64,000 nucleotides of DNA. Source: Veleropilina oligotropha. Lineage: Eukaryota. Made by a program: the position numbers and the translations under genes. Location: positions 62,001-126,000 of the forward strand of contig JBEUKZ010000067.1 in NCBI GenBank assembly GCA_048128005.1, read 5' to 3'. Under the pieces are notes generated by a model. That model was not told the origin of the DNA, searched no databases, and saw nothing but the letters and a program-made list of their open reading frames with translations. Below are positions 1 to 12,837 of this stretch, in pieces (position 1 is the stretch's first letter; every line of letters starts with the position of its first letter).

Positions 1-2797
1 GTCTGCTAATAGGACATGTGAGCTTCAACTCAAGGGTGAAATCCAAATTCAGGCAGATGTGATTAATCCCAACTAAAGGTGTGAAAGTAGATGTCGTGCT
101 ACTAACTACAGGTACAAAAGTATACGTCGTGGGAATGAACCACACCACCAGTGTAATAAGATAATACGATTGGTCTAAGTGCATTCAGAAGAACAAATAT
201 ATTGTGATTAAACACACTCATATATGAAATTATCTTGTCAATGAACATTTACCTAATGATAAAAACTACGCATGCTAATTTACAGATAATTTAGCATGTG
301 GCAAACAAAAATATCTTGTAACACCAAGCAAGAAATAGAAAGTTTTAGTCGTGAACAGTTCCCTTAAACAATGCTGGTTCTGTATACTTAACTATCGAAT
401 CTAAAACATAACCCGTTTAAACACCTGTAAATGACCGCAACAAAATAAACAGGCAATCTAAGCTTCATTGGGTTAGTTATCAGACATGCGCTTTCCGATT
501 CTGTGCAATTCGTGATACATGCATTGCAACATACATAATAGATTAATAACTTTTGCACAATTCGCGAATCTTGTCTAATCAAAATTAGTCAGGCACTTTC
601 CTTCTGTATTTGATGTGCTATTTATAATTAATATATATATAATACCCGACTAGTATTGCTAATAAATTTATAACTATAATTATTCCTTAGCATAATTTAA
701 ATTACAAATGCCTTCCGTTTCCAAGTAGCACACATATTTATTATTACCTGTAGTAGTAGGCCTAAGATGGCATTGTTTCAGTTTGGCCCATCATGCACAT
801 ACTCAAGATTTTGTGTTTGTGAATTTCTCGAGTAAACTGATTATGCAATAATTTTATTTACACCTGTGCTAATGACTTGACACATAATGATATTAACTTA
901 ATTTGTAGACTACCTGGTGATTTATGGTTGTGTCAACAATCGTAAATAAACAGCCAATCCAGGTTATAAATAATTGCTGGTCCTTTATTTTGCGCTGAGC
1001 ACCCACAGTCATTTCATGAAATAATATCGGCGCAACAGTACATTTATTCATCTGGTATACGTAATATACAATTAAACATCGTTGTGCCAAACTATTATAA
1101 CTCGAATACCGGGATTTGTTGATGTCATGTCTTTGTCCCGGCTGAGTTACTGTATAATATCTCTAAATTAAACCTGATAAGTCTAACTTGGGTAACTCGA
1201 ATACTCGGATGTGACGAAGTATTATGGAAGTCTCCTGTAAATATTTCTTCATAAGGATGTCACAAGAACTTCATGTAATAATTATAATACGAGACACCAT
1301 TCGTTGTTTTAGGTATCGGAACACTTTGCATTATTTAATTCCATGTCAATCACGAGTGCGCCGAAAAATTCGATCTTTATTACATTAAATTGCTGAATAA
1401 ATAACATAGAAAGGCGATCATGGAGTCGCGCGCAACAGAAGACGCATGACTGAGTGTGTACAGCTTTCACAGGCGCTTGGCGAATCTGCCGGTTTGTGAA
1501 TCACGCAGGCTGTATAAGGAATGAAAGTTGGCATCATTTAAATTTTGGCGAATATGCCCATGCTCGTCGGTGATTGAATTTTCCGTTGTGATGACACATT
1601 TTTCGTTATCACAGGGTAGTCTGTATGTTTTGTTACCCGCTGATATGACTTTATGTATTTTGACAGTGTAGTTAAATTTATAAAATCAAGGTAATATTAA
1701 CTATATAGATAGACTTAGTCCCAACCAATATTCGAACACACTACTGTTCGTGTCAGTGGAATCAAGTTGACCAGTGATTTCAGAGTTTGTAAACCATTAA
1801 TCACACGAATGTTGGAGCAGCCGGACTCATTCAAAGTTATTATGCATCAAAAGTTGTTTAATATTCATTGCATAATGAAAAGTTACGGAACAGAAATGTA
1901 AACCACCATTTTGGAGATCTATACAAAATTATTATTATGTGTATTATGATACCGTATGTTAATCCATTTTGACCTACTTTTCCATTGTATTAACTGTAGA
2001 TTATTTTTCACGAATCCACTGCTACAAAATCATTGTGTCTGCTTGAAAGACCAATTAAACAAGCGTTATGTGCATTAATTCCATGCTATGGACGATTCCA
2101 TTCCAGAAAATGAGGAAAGCATGTTTAACGCAGTATATAATCCAAAGAGGTAAATTTATCTGCGGACGAGTCCATTCTAGTACACTTGGACACTGAAAAG
2201 AAAATATTAATTATTTTAACGCGTAGACAACATTTTTGCACTGACAACAAACTTCAAGCACATTAAATTCGTTACCCAAATGAAGAAAATGTAATACACG
2301 TTTAACGTTCAGAAGAATCTGGCAATACTCCATATAATGCTGTTGTTCATATGAACGATGTTCCATTGCTTTACTTTGAAACGAACACCGAGAGCTATTT
2401 AAATATTATATCACAGAAATGTCGTTAAAATACAACATATATTTGCAATATTATACTATACCTGATGCTCTCTGCAGAGGTAAATCCCACGTGTGCTCTG
2501 GTCAAAATTCTGAAGCCAAGTGTAGCGTGCTTTGAAATGTACAACATCGTGACGCAAAAATATTTCGCCGTGCATGCCGGTATAATTGCACTTAACGAGC
2601 ACATTAAACGTCTATTCATAACCATGATTAAGCGGCGCCTTCAACTAATTAGGAATGGGATCCGACAGGAGTTTTGGGAGAGTAAACCCCAATTCGTACA
2701 AAATTTCTATCGTATTGTTTTTAAATTGGCGATTTCATGTATATAATAATGTTTAAAATATAACAAATAGCTAATATTGTCAAAATGGATTAAATAA

Positions 2798-2871
2798 GTT
2801 AACCAACTTGGGACTGTTGATTCTTGAAAATTAATTATTTTTCAAGAATCAACAGTCCCATGTTGGTTAAC
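2798..2871. repeat. Near-perfect palindrome (33-bp arms)
   Basis: gttaaccaacttgggactgttgattcttgaaaa ... ttttcaagaatcaacagtcccatgttggttaac, one mismatch. Confidence 0.85.
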
Positions 2872-3745
2872 CTATACATAATGATACCGTAAATTTGCGT
2901 AATGGTAGAGCGAAATGCTTCTATCAACATTTACTGGTCTGTTGTGTTGCATCTCTTCTTGAACAAACATTCCTTAATAATGTCCATAAGGACTTATAAA
3001 TAGTTTGTTACATAAAAATAAAGATTCGTTTTAACATGTTGCAAGTTACATTTAGTTTGTTTAATTGGAGCCGTTTAGGAACATGTTTAGCACATTTCCG
3101 TTATCAAAAAGATATTTAAGATTGTGAACCTTACCATATACAATGTCTCTCCAGCATGTGGGCACACTATATGTCAACAAGTTACTTATATACCATAAGC
3201 GCTTGCCTGCCAATGATTATTATGTCATTGTGTCAAGGCCAATTTATTTTTGTGTATTTACTGTCGGATAATTTTTTCAATTTAAAAAAATTTGACCATA
3301 ACTCTTATTCTGCATATGCTAAGTTACGTTTGTTAAATTAAATTTTCCCAAAACATTTAAATTATAGAAAAAAATGTAAATATTTTAAATTATCGAAAAA
3401 AATTAATTTCCGGAAAAATTTAAATTTCCGATTTTTTTTTTAATTTGCCATAACTTTTATTTGGCTTTCACTAGACTGTTCAAACTTCGCAGATGTACGA
3501 GTGCATATGCTAAGTTACGTTTGCTCTGCTTTCATGCTTCACTTTAAACGTCTTATATCGAAAAAAATGAATTGCGCACGATCAGCTTGAAGCCCTGTAC
3601 AGCTGCTTTGCAGCTTTAATTATGCTTATTTCCTAGTCCAAGAGAAATTGCGTAGACTGATGATCAAATCTGAACCTCTGCAACAAGGAATATTAAGGAA
3701 TATTACTGTTGCAGTTTGATAGGCAATAACGTTTATTTCTTTCAG

Positions 3746-6700
3746 AATTATGAAATAAATGTAACCAAAATTCCGACAGCTTGCATCACGGTGGAAGATG
3801 CAGAGATGATGCAGCGGATGTCAGACAGAGGTAGGGTGTATGCCAGGCCATGCTAAAGCTCAGCTAAGAATTACTATTTATATGCAAAACAACAGGAGAT
3901 CATAATTTTATTTATGCATTAAAATGTTCAATGTCTTATTCGACATATTAATCATGATTGCTATACAGATACAAAACATAATGATTAACTGTGTTTAAAA
4001 CATGAAGTCATTTATTGTTCTGGGCGGTTGTTTATTCTCACTATTCACTTGTAGGGAAATAGTCATTGAGCTCATCTGTTCGATGTTTTCGGTCCATTCA
4101 AATAATCAATTGTAAAACAAGACCTATTCAACCGTGATTAGTTTCATTAGAGGCTTCTAATGGTGAATCAAGTTATTTTTTAATTGTGAAACTCGATGAT
4201 TTTGAATAGTTTCGACAAAGAACCTCAGTTGGTTGGCGTCTCTCTGAACTATTCAACACATCTTGTTGTTTATCCCAAACATATATCATACTGTTAGGCT
4301 GAATTTGTTGCAATTTTTTAATATTCTTGAATAATTGTGTATCTTGGCATACTGCTGGTTAGCTAGATTGGATATGCATAATTTTTTTAATAGGTGAAAG
4401 AATAATAGTGAATTTGAAGATGAATGCCGAGACATTGCCCAACGTAATGTCCAGAAACACTGTGGCAGAAATCGTTGGCCATACCTATCCAAATCAGGTA
4501 TATATTTAAGTATTTATGTGCCCGTAAGCGATCAATTTTAAGACCAATTTGCTTGTACTTGCTATGCGACTTCGCAAAACTTTGTCGAATTAATAGTTGC
4601 AGTCATTCATAACATAACTCATCAGATAATCTGGGCTTATATCCCAAATAATATGAACTATAATGATTGTCTCTATATGACATTAACAATAGAAGTTAAA
4701 ACGTGACAATAATTAAACAAAAAACTAACCACAACATTGCTTTTATTTAAATTAAATCATAATTTAATTTACTGTCTTTAGGCATAGTTTAATTTCTTTT
4801 AAAACATTTTAAAATTGTGATCAGAATTAAATATTTGTTGTAAATAATCTAATACTTATAACTGTAATCTCTGTGTAACGCAACGGGAAATAACTCTAGT
4901 TGTTTATACGGATAAATTTGTCAATTACCATTATTGGAAGTCACTTTGTTTTAGTATTTTCATTATCATAAAATGCAGATTTCATTTACATTTTGTAATC
5001 TTAATATAATGGAGCTATAATTGTATGTGTGTGTGTCTGTTTCAAGTTGAACTCCTCCCAGACGCTTTGACCTAGGACCTTCAAACTTTGGGGGGTTAAT
5101 CGGGGTCCCCCAAGGAAGGTTTACCACGAAAAAAATTCGGAAAATTCGGGAAAAAAAAAAAAAATTACTATAATGGACCTATAATTGTATGTGTGTGTGT
5201 CTGTTTCAAGTTGAACTCCTCCCAGACGCTTTGACCTAGGACCTTCAAACTTTGGGGGGTTAATCGGGGTCCCCCAAGGAAGGTTTACCACGAAAAAAAT
5301 TCGGAAAATTCGGGAAAAAAAAAAAACATTTAAGGGAGCACTATCCAAAAAAAAAAAAAAAAAAAATTGGGGTGGGGGGACTTGCCCGGCGAAGACGGGT
5401 ACCATAAGCTAGTATTAAGAATAAACACGATGTTTGCATGTCATACTAACACGTTGCTCTGTCTAGATTGTCCTGGTGAGCGGTCACCTAGATAGCTGGG
5501 ACGTCGGTCAAGGAGCCATGGACGATGGGGGCGGGGCATTCATCTCCTGGCAGGTAAATATTTGAGAGATAACAATGTTTATTTTGTCATTGATAAATGT
5601 TTTAATGCTGGTAGAATGGATTGGTGTCTATAATAAACAAGTAATATTTAACAGGAAAATGCATACATTGCTTTGTCATCAATGTGTTGTTGATAAAGCA
5701 CTTTCTTGCATGATAACATGAACAGTACAAGCAGTAATAAATGCGCAAAATCAATATTATGTAGTCACATAATAATAAGTGTACAGTCACAATATATATA
5801 TATTATTAAATATATATATAAAATGCTTATATACACTCAGTTGAAGGTCAGCTGTGTTTTCATAGTTCAAGGCAGCCATATCTAAACATTTTGATGAAAT
5901 TTTCCCAAAATAAAATATTCCATAAAAATATACATGTACATTTCATAAGCGTAATGATAAGGGCATATCACAGATAAAATTCCCACCGATAATAGATTAT
6001 GTATAATTGGTATCTTAATGGTGATCCTTAGCAGTTGGCAGCTTGTAGGCATCCTAATCTCTCGAGAAATAAATAAATGCAAGTGAATTCTATATATTAT
6101 AATACCGTATTCGACCTATTTAGTGCCCCTGCTCCTATAAGCGCCCCCTAGCATATTTAAAATTTTACATGTATAAGTGCCCCCTTTGAGGAATATTTTT
6201 ACTTACATAGATAATGGAAACATCTAACAGTTTGCTTGAATATCGGTTTTTACTCAAATTTAATAAGTTAACTTCCCCAAATATACGTTGCACATTCATA
6301 TTACTTTGACGGAAGATTCACTTTCGGTTTCCCGCACGGGTTATCCCCCTGTGCTGCACCCTCCAACGAAAAGGGTAGGAATACTCCTTACCATGTTTCT
6401 GCATGGGAGAGTTGATATTCAATGAAAGCGAGATGTTTGCGAGCCTCAACGATTACTACGCGAATGACTCGAGCAATGAATTTGTTACCAGGACAGACGA
6501 CGTTGTAAATAATTATTTCTTTGTAAATAACATTGCTAGTTCATTTATGTATCTTTGACCAAGTTTGATAGATTTACAATGCGTTGCCGACTTGTCAATG
6601 GCCCGTGCGACACGTGGTCTCACAGGCACTTTTCATTGTCGGTTCACACTGCTGTCAAAGTGAGCATCGCGATGTATTTTTAAGTAACAACATTAATATT

Positions 6701-9700
6701 TAGGAATAAATATAACTGATATACCACAGGTCTGTGTTCCATATTATCTTTATTTTTGTCATAATTATCTAAATTCAACGAAAAAAGTTTTACCGTTCTT
6801 ATAATATATGTATTTGACTACATATTAAAACAAATCCTATTTAGCGCCCCCCTATGCCAATTTTTTAAGCGGGCGCTAAATAGGTCGAATAACGTACATA
6901 CCTTTGGGAGTCTGTTGATTAGCATGGAAGCTTTCGAGACCTTCCGGTCTCTTCATCAGTCATTGTTGTTATGATGTCACCCTCGGTCATGTGACATTGT
7001 GTCACATGACAGAAGATTGCTGTAGACAGCAGGCAGCTCGTACCCCTGGTCCCTATTGATGCTGGGCTGGTTTTGTTACGGGTCTCTATCTCTATGGCCT
7101 CCCTGATTTTGCACCGCCACCAGTTGTCCTCCTGGGCCAGTATCTTAGGTCCCTCAGCATCTACTGAGTGGTTCAGCTTGCTGTCTAACAATCTTCTGTC
7201 ATGTGACACAATGTCACATGACCGAGGGTGATGTCATAACGACAATGACTGATGAAGAGACTGGGAGATCTCGGAAGCTTCCATGCTAATCAACAGACTC
7301 CCAAAGGTATCCATTATAGTATATATCTACACAATGAAGTCCATTATCAACATACACAGTGTGATGTGAATTCTAGTTTCAATGACACTTGATATTTTGT
7401 AATAATATTAATTACTGTATGATTTATGTGTTTACATCCTGTAGTACACAACAATTTTCAGAGAAAGAATAATCATAAATATTGCTTTTATGTTATTTAT
7501 TAGGCCCTTTCTCTGATTCGTCATCTGGGATTGCGCCCAAAGCGAACCTTACGAATGGTCATGTGGACATCAGAGGTTGGTCGTATCACAATGTCGTAAT
7601 GTGTAACCTAGGTAGTGCAGATTATTTACGAAACAATTTATATACAGCAAATTAATAATTATTGCCTCATATACTTACAGACTTTTTAATGTAAGCTTCT
7701 ATATAATAATAAAGAATTGAACTGTTTCAATAAATGTTGATTAGTTGCTGCATTTAACATTATCTTATTGCAGTGACTTTGATAAGGTCTTTTATCCTGT
7801 GTGCTTTGAAGTGTTCAGCATATAAGTCTGTATCAAACAAGACATTGCAGGATAGTTTCTATTTTCATTTTTTAATTGCACATCTTAACAATAACATTCA
7901 ATTTGTCAATTGCAACTTATGGATTATTCTATTAAAGTGCTAAAGTAAACTGAATATTTGAAAATTTGAGGAAAGTTTGCTCATATACATGTACATGACG
8001 TGAATCTCAGAGGATTACCCCAAGCCGGCAGATTAATTGTCTTAGTAATCGAACCAAAGACTCTGCACCATGTAGAAGTGGAGTGTGGCATATCACGGAT
8101 TTGTGAAATGAACATAATAAGTGTTTGATCAGGGTATGTTGTATGGAACATATCATGAATATGCATGCAGGCCACAGAAAATAAAATCCAAATTGGTCAG
8201 TAAAATTTATATAATTATTTTCTTGTACTATAGTTCCTATATTTTTCTTGAAATGCATAAATCTATCATGTTTCATGTATAAAATGATTGCATCCCTCAT
8301 TGACAATGCCTGTAAATTGTTGGTCTAGTAATATGCTTGTTCGATAATTTATTGTTTCATATATTCCGCAGAAGTAATTAACTTTCGTTCAGTAATATTT
8401 ATCATTTCTTTATGATAAAAGTGATATTTAGTTATATCAAGGTAATGGATTAATGCCACATTTTTGGTGAATTTACAGCCCAATATTATCATATATACTT
8501 ATATGGCAAGTGATCTCATCATGACATATGGCAGCATTATAAAAGGAGGATAAAAACATAACAAAGTTTGATCGATGACAATGAAATATAGCAAAGTTCA
8601 TAAGGATAGGTATTGAAATTAATTAGCATTTAGTAATGAGCTAAAGACATTTTCACCAGATCAGTAATAATCGTACCATTCTACATCGGTAATGCTGAAT
8701 GCCATTATGGCACTATATATATATAGCTACATGTACTTATATACCTCTACCAACTTGAGGGTTTCGGAAAGTTATGACGTTCTCCTTATTACACTCTAAA
8801 ATTTCTTTGTGTTGAACTGTGAAGTTTTTTTGTTGAAAGACAACTATTTCTTCAATGTAGATGGAATCTGTTGTTCACTGTTCATTTGATTTATTTCAGG
8901 AGCAAGGCGAAGTGGGCTCCCTACAGTATTATGAAAGACACAAGGTAAAATAAATGCATCACCTGGGCCGCCTCGGTAGTCATGTGGTATCGAGTGCTGA
9001 CTCTGAAATCACTGCCTTGATTGCGCTAACTAAAACGAGTGGGTTCGAATCTCGGCTGGGGCATTAACATTCTTTGTTCAGTTATCAATAGCAATTGTGC
9101 GTAACTGGCTGGTTCCCCAGGCGACCAGACTTTTCTCCCGCAATATTAAATGTGGACTCCTCCTGCCTTGAACCTGGTGGTTGTAAATATACATGACATT
9201 AAGCATCAATCCATCCATGCAACACATTGACCATTGATATAAAACTTGAGAAAATGTTGATCTTTTATACTGTACTGCATGTACATAATGTTTAAATGGG
9301 CCTATTACATATAATGTAAAAGCCATTGAACATAATCTATCCTCAAAATTCAATTCTTTTGAATTCTTACAACTTGTAACTGTATGCTAGCTGAATTGTT
9401 TATATATGGGTCCTTTCAGTTGTTTCCAAATTAAATATGGCGTAGCCGTTTGGTAATATTGCATTGTTAACATTTTAAATAACTGGGGCATATCTGAGCA
9501 TTTGTATCAGGAATACTGTTGTAAAATTGATGTTTTATATGCTTAGAAGACCACACACTGCACATTGTGTTTTCTACTTACAGGTTAATATTAGCAATTA
9601 CGATTTGGTGCTCGAATCTGATGAGGGAACATTCTTGCCGCATGGACTCCAGTTTAAAGGTAGGCAATTTAAACTTGATAAACCATATTTTCTCTGACAG

Positions 9701-11284
9701 ATGTAAATTACTCTACAGATTTTTGTTCTTTTTATGCATCTGTTATCATGAGATATAGCGGTTTCTGGTGTCTAGTACATACTGCATCTGTTATCATGAG
9801 ATATAGCGGTTTCTGGTGTCTAGTACATACTTCATCAGTTATAATGAGATATAGCGGTTTCTGGTGTCTAGTACATACTTCATCAGTTATCATGAGATAT
9901 AGCGGTTTCTGGTGTCTAGTACATACTTCATCAGCGACTTACAGTTTAGTCGTGACGAAATATGAAACTGATGGAAAAACAAAGACAATTTGTAACATTC
10001 TACGAGTGCATGCTTTGTGAAAGGCCAAGGTGCTGGTTTATCATCTTGTTCCACGTAATAATTAAGCACATACTGTCTTCAGTTCACTATCACATATAAT
10101 ATTATACATGATCTTACGACTTCACATTACCTCGCTGGTTATTGGCATGTTCTCCTGAGAGTACATCTCAACTTTCTCTAAGAACATTACAGACAATACA
10201 TGCAGATAGGGTTATGACTAACATGCTGCCAAACAGGTATCAAGTCAAATCGGCTGTATGGACCAACGCAAATTAATAGTATGTGATTATTTCCCTACGC
10301 TAGTGCAATAGTTTTGTTATCAACTGTACTGTACTATTTCAGTTTAGTTTAGTTTAGTGGTAAACTATTTTAAACTTTTATTCTTAGGAAATAAAGCTGC
10401 ATCAGAAATTATGCAGTCGATCGTGAATTTGCTTGGTAAGGTCAATGCCACGCATATGACTCCTGGAGGCGGGGGCCCGGACATCGGGGTGTGGCAGGAT
10501 CACGGGGTCCCCGGGGGATCTCTGCTGAACGACAACCAGAACTACTTCGATTTCCACCACAGCAACGGTACATGCATGCTAATGTAACTAGAGTTATCTC
10601 CTGTAGTCCGTAGCGTAACAGAGAGATAGATCGGGAGAGAGAGAGTTTACAGTTCTATAAGTATTAGATTATTAACATTGTGGGAAGATAATCGTCGCAG
10701 CACTCTATTGCGTGACTGCTGGATTTAAACTATTTTGTCTGATTGAAGCTCTACCATTAGCGTTACACAAAGAGAGATTTTGCACTTTAAAGTATTAGAG
10801 GACCCATATATACGTAATGTAATCATGGTGCATGACAGGTGTTCGGATCAAGCATAATAATCGTCCAAAGACCATTGCACAAATCAATTAATTGGTCATT
10901 CTGGATATCTTCATATAGCGGAATAGGTCCAGGCATTGTGTGTCAACTCAGAACTCTGGTTGAAATCTATCCTGAAGTGAGAATTATTGTTCATGGCTTA
11001 ATTTCTATCACAAACCAAAATAGTAAGTGTATTTTACCAGCATTTCAATCAGCGGTTCACATAATGATCCACAATCCCAAATAACTGATTTTGGACTGAA
11101 ATCAATGTCATGATAAATTCCAGAAAATTTTTACATTATTTTATGGTATTTTTCAGGTGACACTATGACAGTAGAAAATCGTCATGTGTTAGATTTATGC
11201 TCTGCCGTGTGGGCCGCCATCTCATACGTTGTAGCGGATATAGATGAAATGCTGCCTAGAGGTCATGATGTGATAGCAGAATAG
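3746..11284 (+). CDS. CPQ: Carboxypeptidase Q (plasma glutamate carboxypeptidase, M28), 3' part. Exons 3746-3830, 4394-4497, 5467-5553, 7504-7575, 8900-8944, 9584-9659, 10388-10567, 11157-11284 (stop TAG). 5' exons not found in the window.
   Basis: Manual translation gives [18 protein letters not shown] / [14 protein letters not shown] / [29 protein letters not shown] / [20 protein letters not shown] / [17 protein letters not shown] / [27 protein letters not shown]...[19 protein letters not shown]. All introns are GT-AG with consistent phases, and the peptide matches the CPQ C-terminal half as I know it. Confidence 0.95.
4999..5412 (+). mobile_element. Non-autonomous Helitron with an internal ~160-bp tandem duplication
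   Basis: Starts TC after A. Ends with hairpin gcccggcgaagacgggt then CTAG before T. Unit ctataattgtatgtgtgtgtgtctg...aaattcggg is present twice. Confidence 0.75.
6105..6894. mobile_element. Tc1/mariner(pogo)-type MITE with TA target site
   Basis: TIR ccgtattcgacctatttagtgccc / gggcgctaaataggtcgaataacg, flanked by TA on both sides. Confidence 0.8.
6898..7310 (-). mobile_element. Penelope-like element fragment: GIY-YIG endonuclease C-terminus between ~120-bp inverted repeats (inverted pLTR arrangement)
   Basis: Minus-strand peptide [20 protein letters not shown], then [10 protein letters not shown] after a frameshift. 6898-7016 is the reverse complement of about 7192-7310. Confidence 0.8.
6923..6966 (-). 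ncRNA. Minimal hammerhead ribozyme core of the Penelope pLTR (mutated second copy at ~7244-7287, + strand)
   Basis: Minus strand reads CUGAUGA-A-GAGACC-GGAA-GGUCUC-GAAA-GCUU: conserved core, 6-bp stem II with GNRA loop, palindromic stem III (AAGCUU). Stem I is weak. Confidence 0.7.
8966..9190 (+). mobile_element. tRNA-derived SINE (3' end approximate)
   Basis: Box A-like tagtcatgtggt and box B gggttcgaatc, with no cloverleaf. Confidence 0.6.
9734..9934. repeat. Intronic minisatellite, 48-bp unit x ~4
   Basis: tgcatctgttatcatgagatatagcggtttctggtgtctagtacatac repeated. Confidence 0.9.
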
Positions 11285-12837
11285 ATAATATATATATATA
11301 TATATAGCAAAGTATTGTTAATTGATAACTTTTATTATGAAAATGCTTGCATTATTTTTTATCATATGTTTGATACTTTGTTGTAAATCTTAACAATATT
11401 ATACTATTTCTCAACATAATTTTTATTATTAAGATGTTTATATAGCTGTAATTTCAGATAACAATTTTATATGTTTGGGGATTTCGAAACAAATTGGGAT
11501 ACTTAACTTATTTAGCTTGTCCAAATGTTAGAATAGTGTTTTCAATCTGTACATTTTGTAATTCTTTATTAATGTAATAATGTTAATTACAGAATTACCA
11601 AAATATTATATCTCATGGGAAGAAAATCATAAGAAATTAATACAAGTTATAAGTTAAAGATAATAGAGTTTAAAGTTTTATTGATGTAACGCACACATCT
11701 TTATCATTGATACGATCACCATAACCATAACCATGCTGTCATAGTATGATTTTTAAATATTTTTAATCATATTTATTGATCAGTATTACTTATTCTGTTG
11801 TGATTTATATGTTAATATTTTATAATTTGCTATGAATATAACATCAATGCTTTAAATTTTATTGCATTATTTGAAGTCCCTTAAATTTTCAATATTAAAT
11901 GTTGTGATAAAACATTCATACAAACAATGGTTATATTTTCTATTGCTCAAAATAAATGGAATGAGTATTATTATACAGTGTTTAGAAATATTTTCAAAAC
12001 ATGTTAATGTTATTAAAACTAAAATATATATTTGTATATGATATTTAATATACTTATTTTGACTTACAAGCCTTTGTTCTATTTCTCCTACATCAAGTGT
12101 TTATTTCAATCTCTTATTATGAAGCATCATTTGTACAAGGTCACCTAGTGACTAGCTTGTTACGAGCTAATTTGGCGAGCTATTTTTTTTCGGTTTGGGA
12201 AGCACGCATATCGTGTACATGGAAAGCCGACCTTAGTCATGTTGATGTTGCTGATATGTGCCATGTTCGATGCGGTCTGGTGCTTATCTTTCCTCTGGGC
12301 AATGCAGATGTGTCCGATGGTTGCAAATTGGAAACATTCTTACCGTCTTGGTCACATGGCCGGCTGGCGGCATGTTGGTTGTCTCAGATGGTGCCTGTAG
12401 TAGAGGCACCTTTCAGATACTCGTGATGACTGTCTTGTGAGTGGGTCATTCTTGATCGTGGATTCTAGTATAGTCTGAGATCACTTGACCATCAGATGCC
12501 TGTACACCACGAGGTGGTGGTGGTTTGGATTGTTACATGGTTACCGACCATAAGATTTGGATATCATTTTATATAATGAAAGTATCTGATTAACGCACAA
12601 CGTTGAACCCCTCTCATATGTCGATACTTCAGAAGCCTTGAGAAGTGAACTCGAGAAGCCAGTCCAGAATTTGTTCTGTCCGTCCTATATTTTGAATGTT
12701 TGACAATGAACGCATTGTAAAATAAATTCAAAAATTGACAGCCGCAGAGCTGTCAGGAAGTTGAACCCAAGCCTTATATAGCAATCAGACTACCATATAA
12801 AATATGTGATCTTGACCTTGCCAGTAGCAGTGGTTAA

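Noticed and set aside
1090..1240. ataactcgaa repeats resembling a pogo/Tigger MITE end
   Set aside because: Too degenerate; no partner TIR or TSD found.
1660..2746. Exon-like segments with AG/GT boundaries (e.g. ORF 2465-2746)
   Set aside because: I could not assemble a consistent frame or recognise the peptide, and it does not resemble CPQ.
4055..4115. Candidate CPQ exon (EIVIEL...)
   Set aside because: Wrong phase gives an immediate stop; the true exon is 4394-4497.
9734..9934. Regular repeats resembling a CRISPR array or a repeat protein (ORF 9748-10020)
   Set aside because: No unique spacers; it is a plain 48-bp intronic minisatellite in a eukaryotic gene.
12097..12440. ORFs 12097-12426 and 12258-12440
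   Set aside because: No recognisable domain; likely decayed repeat sequence.
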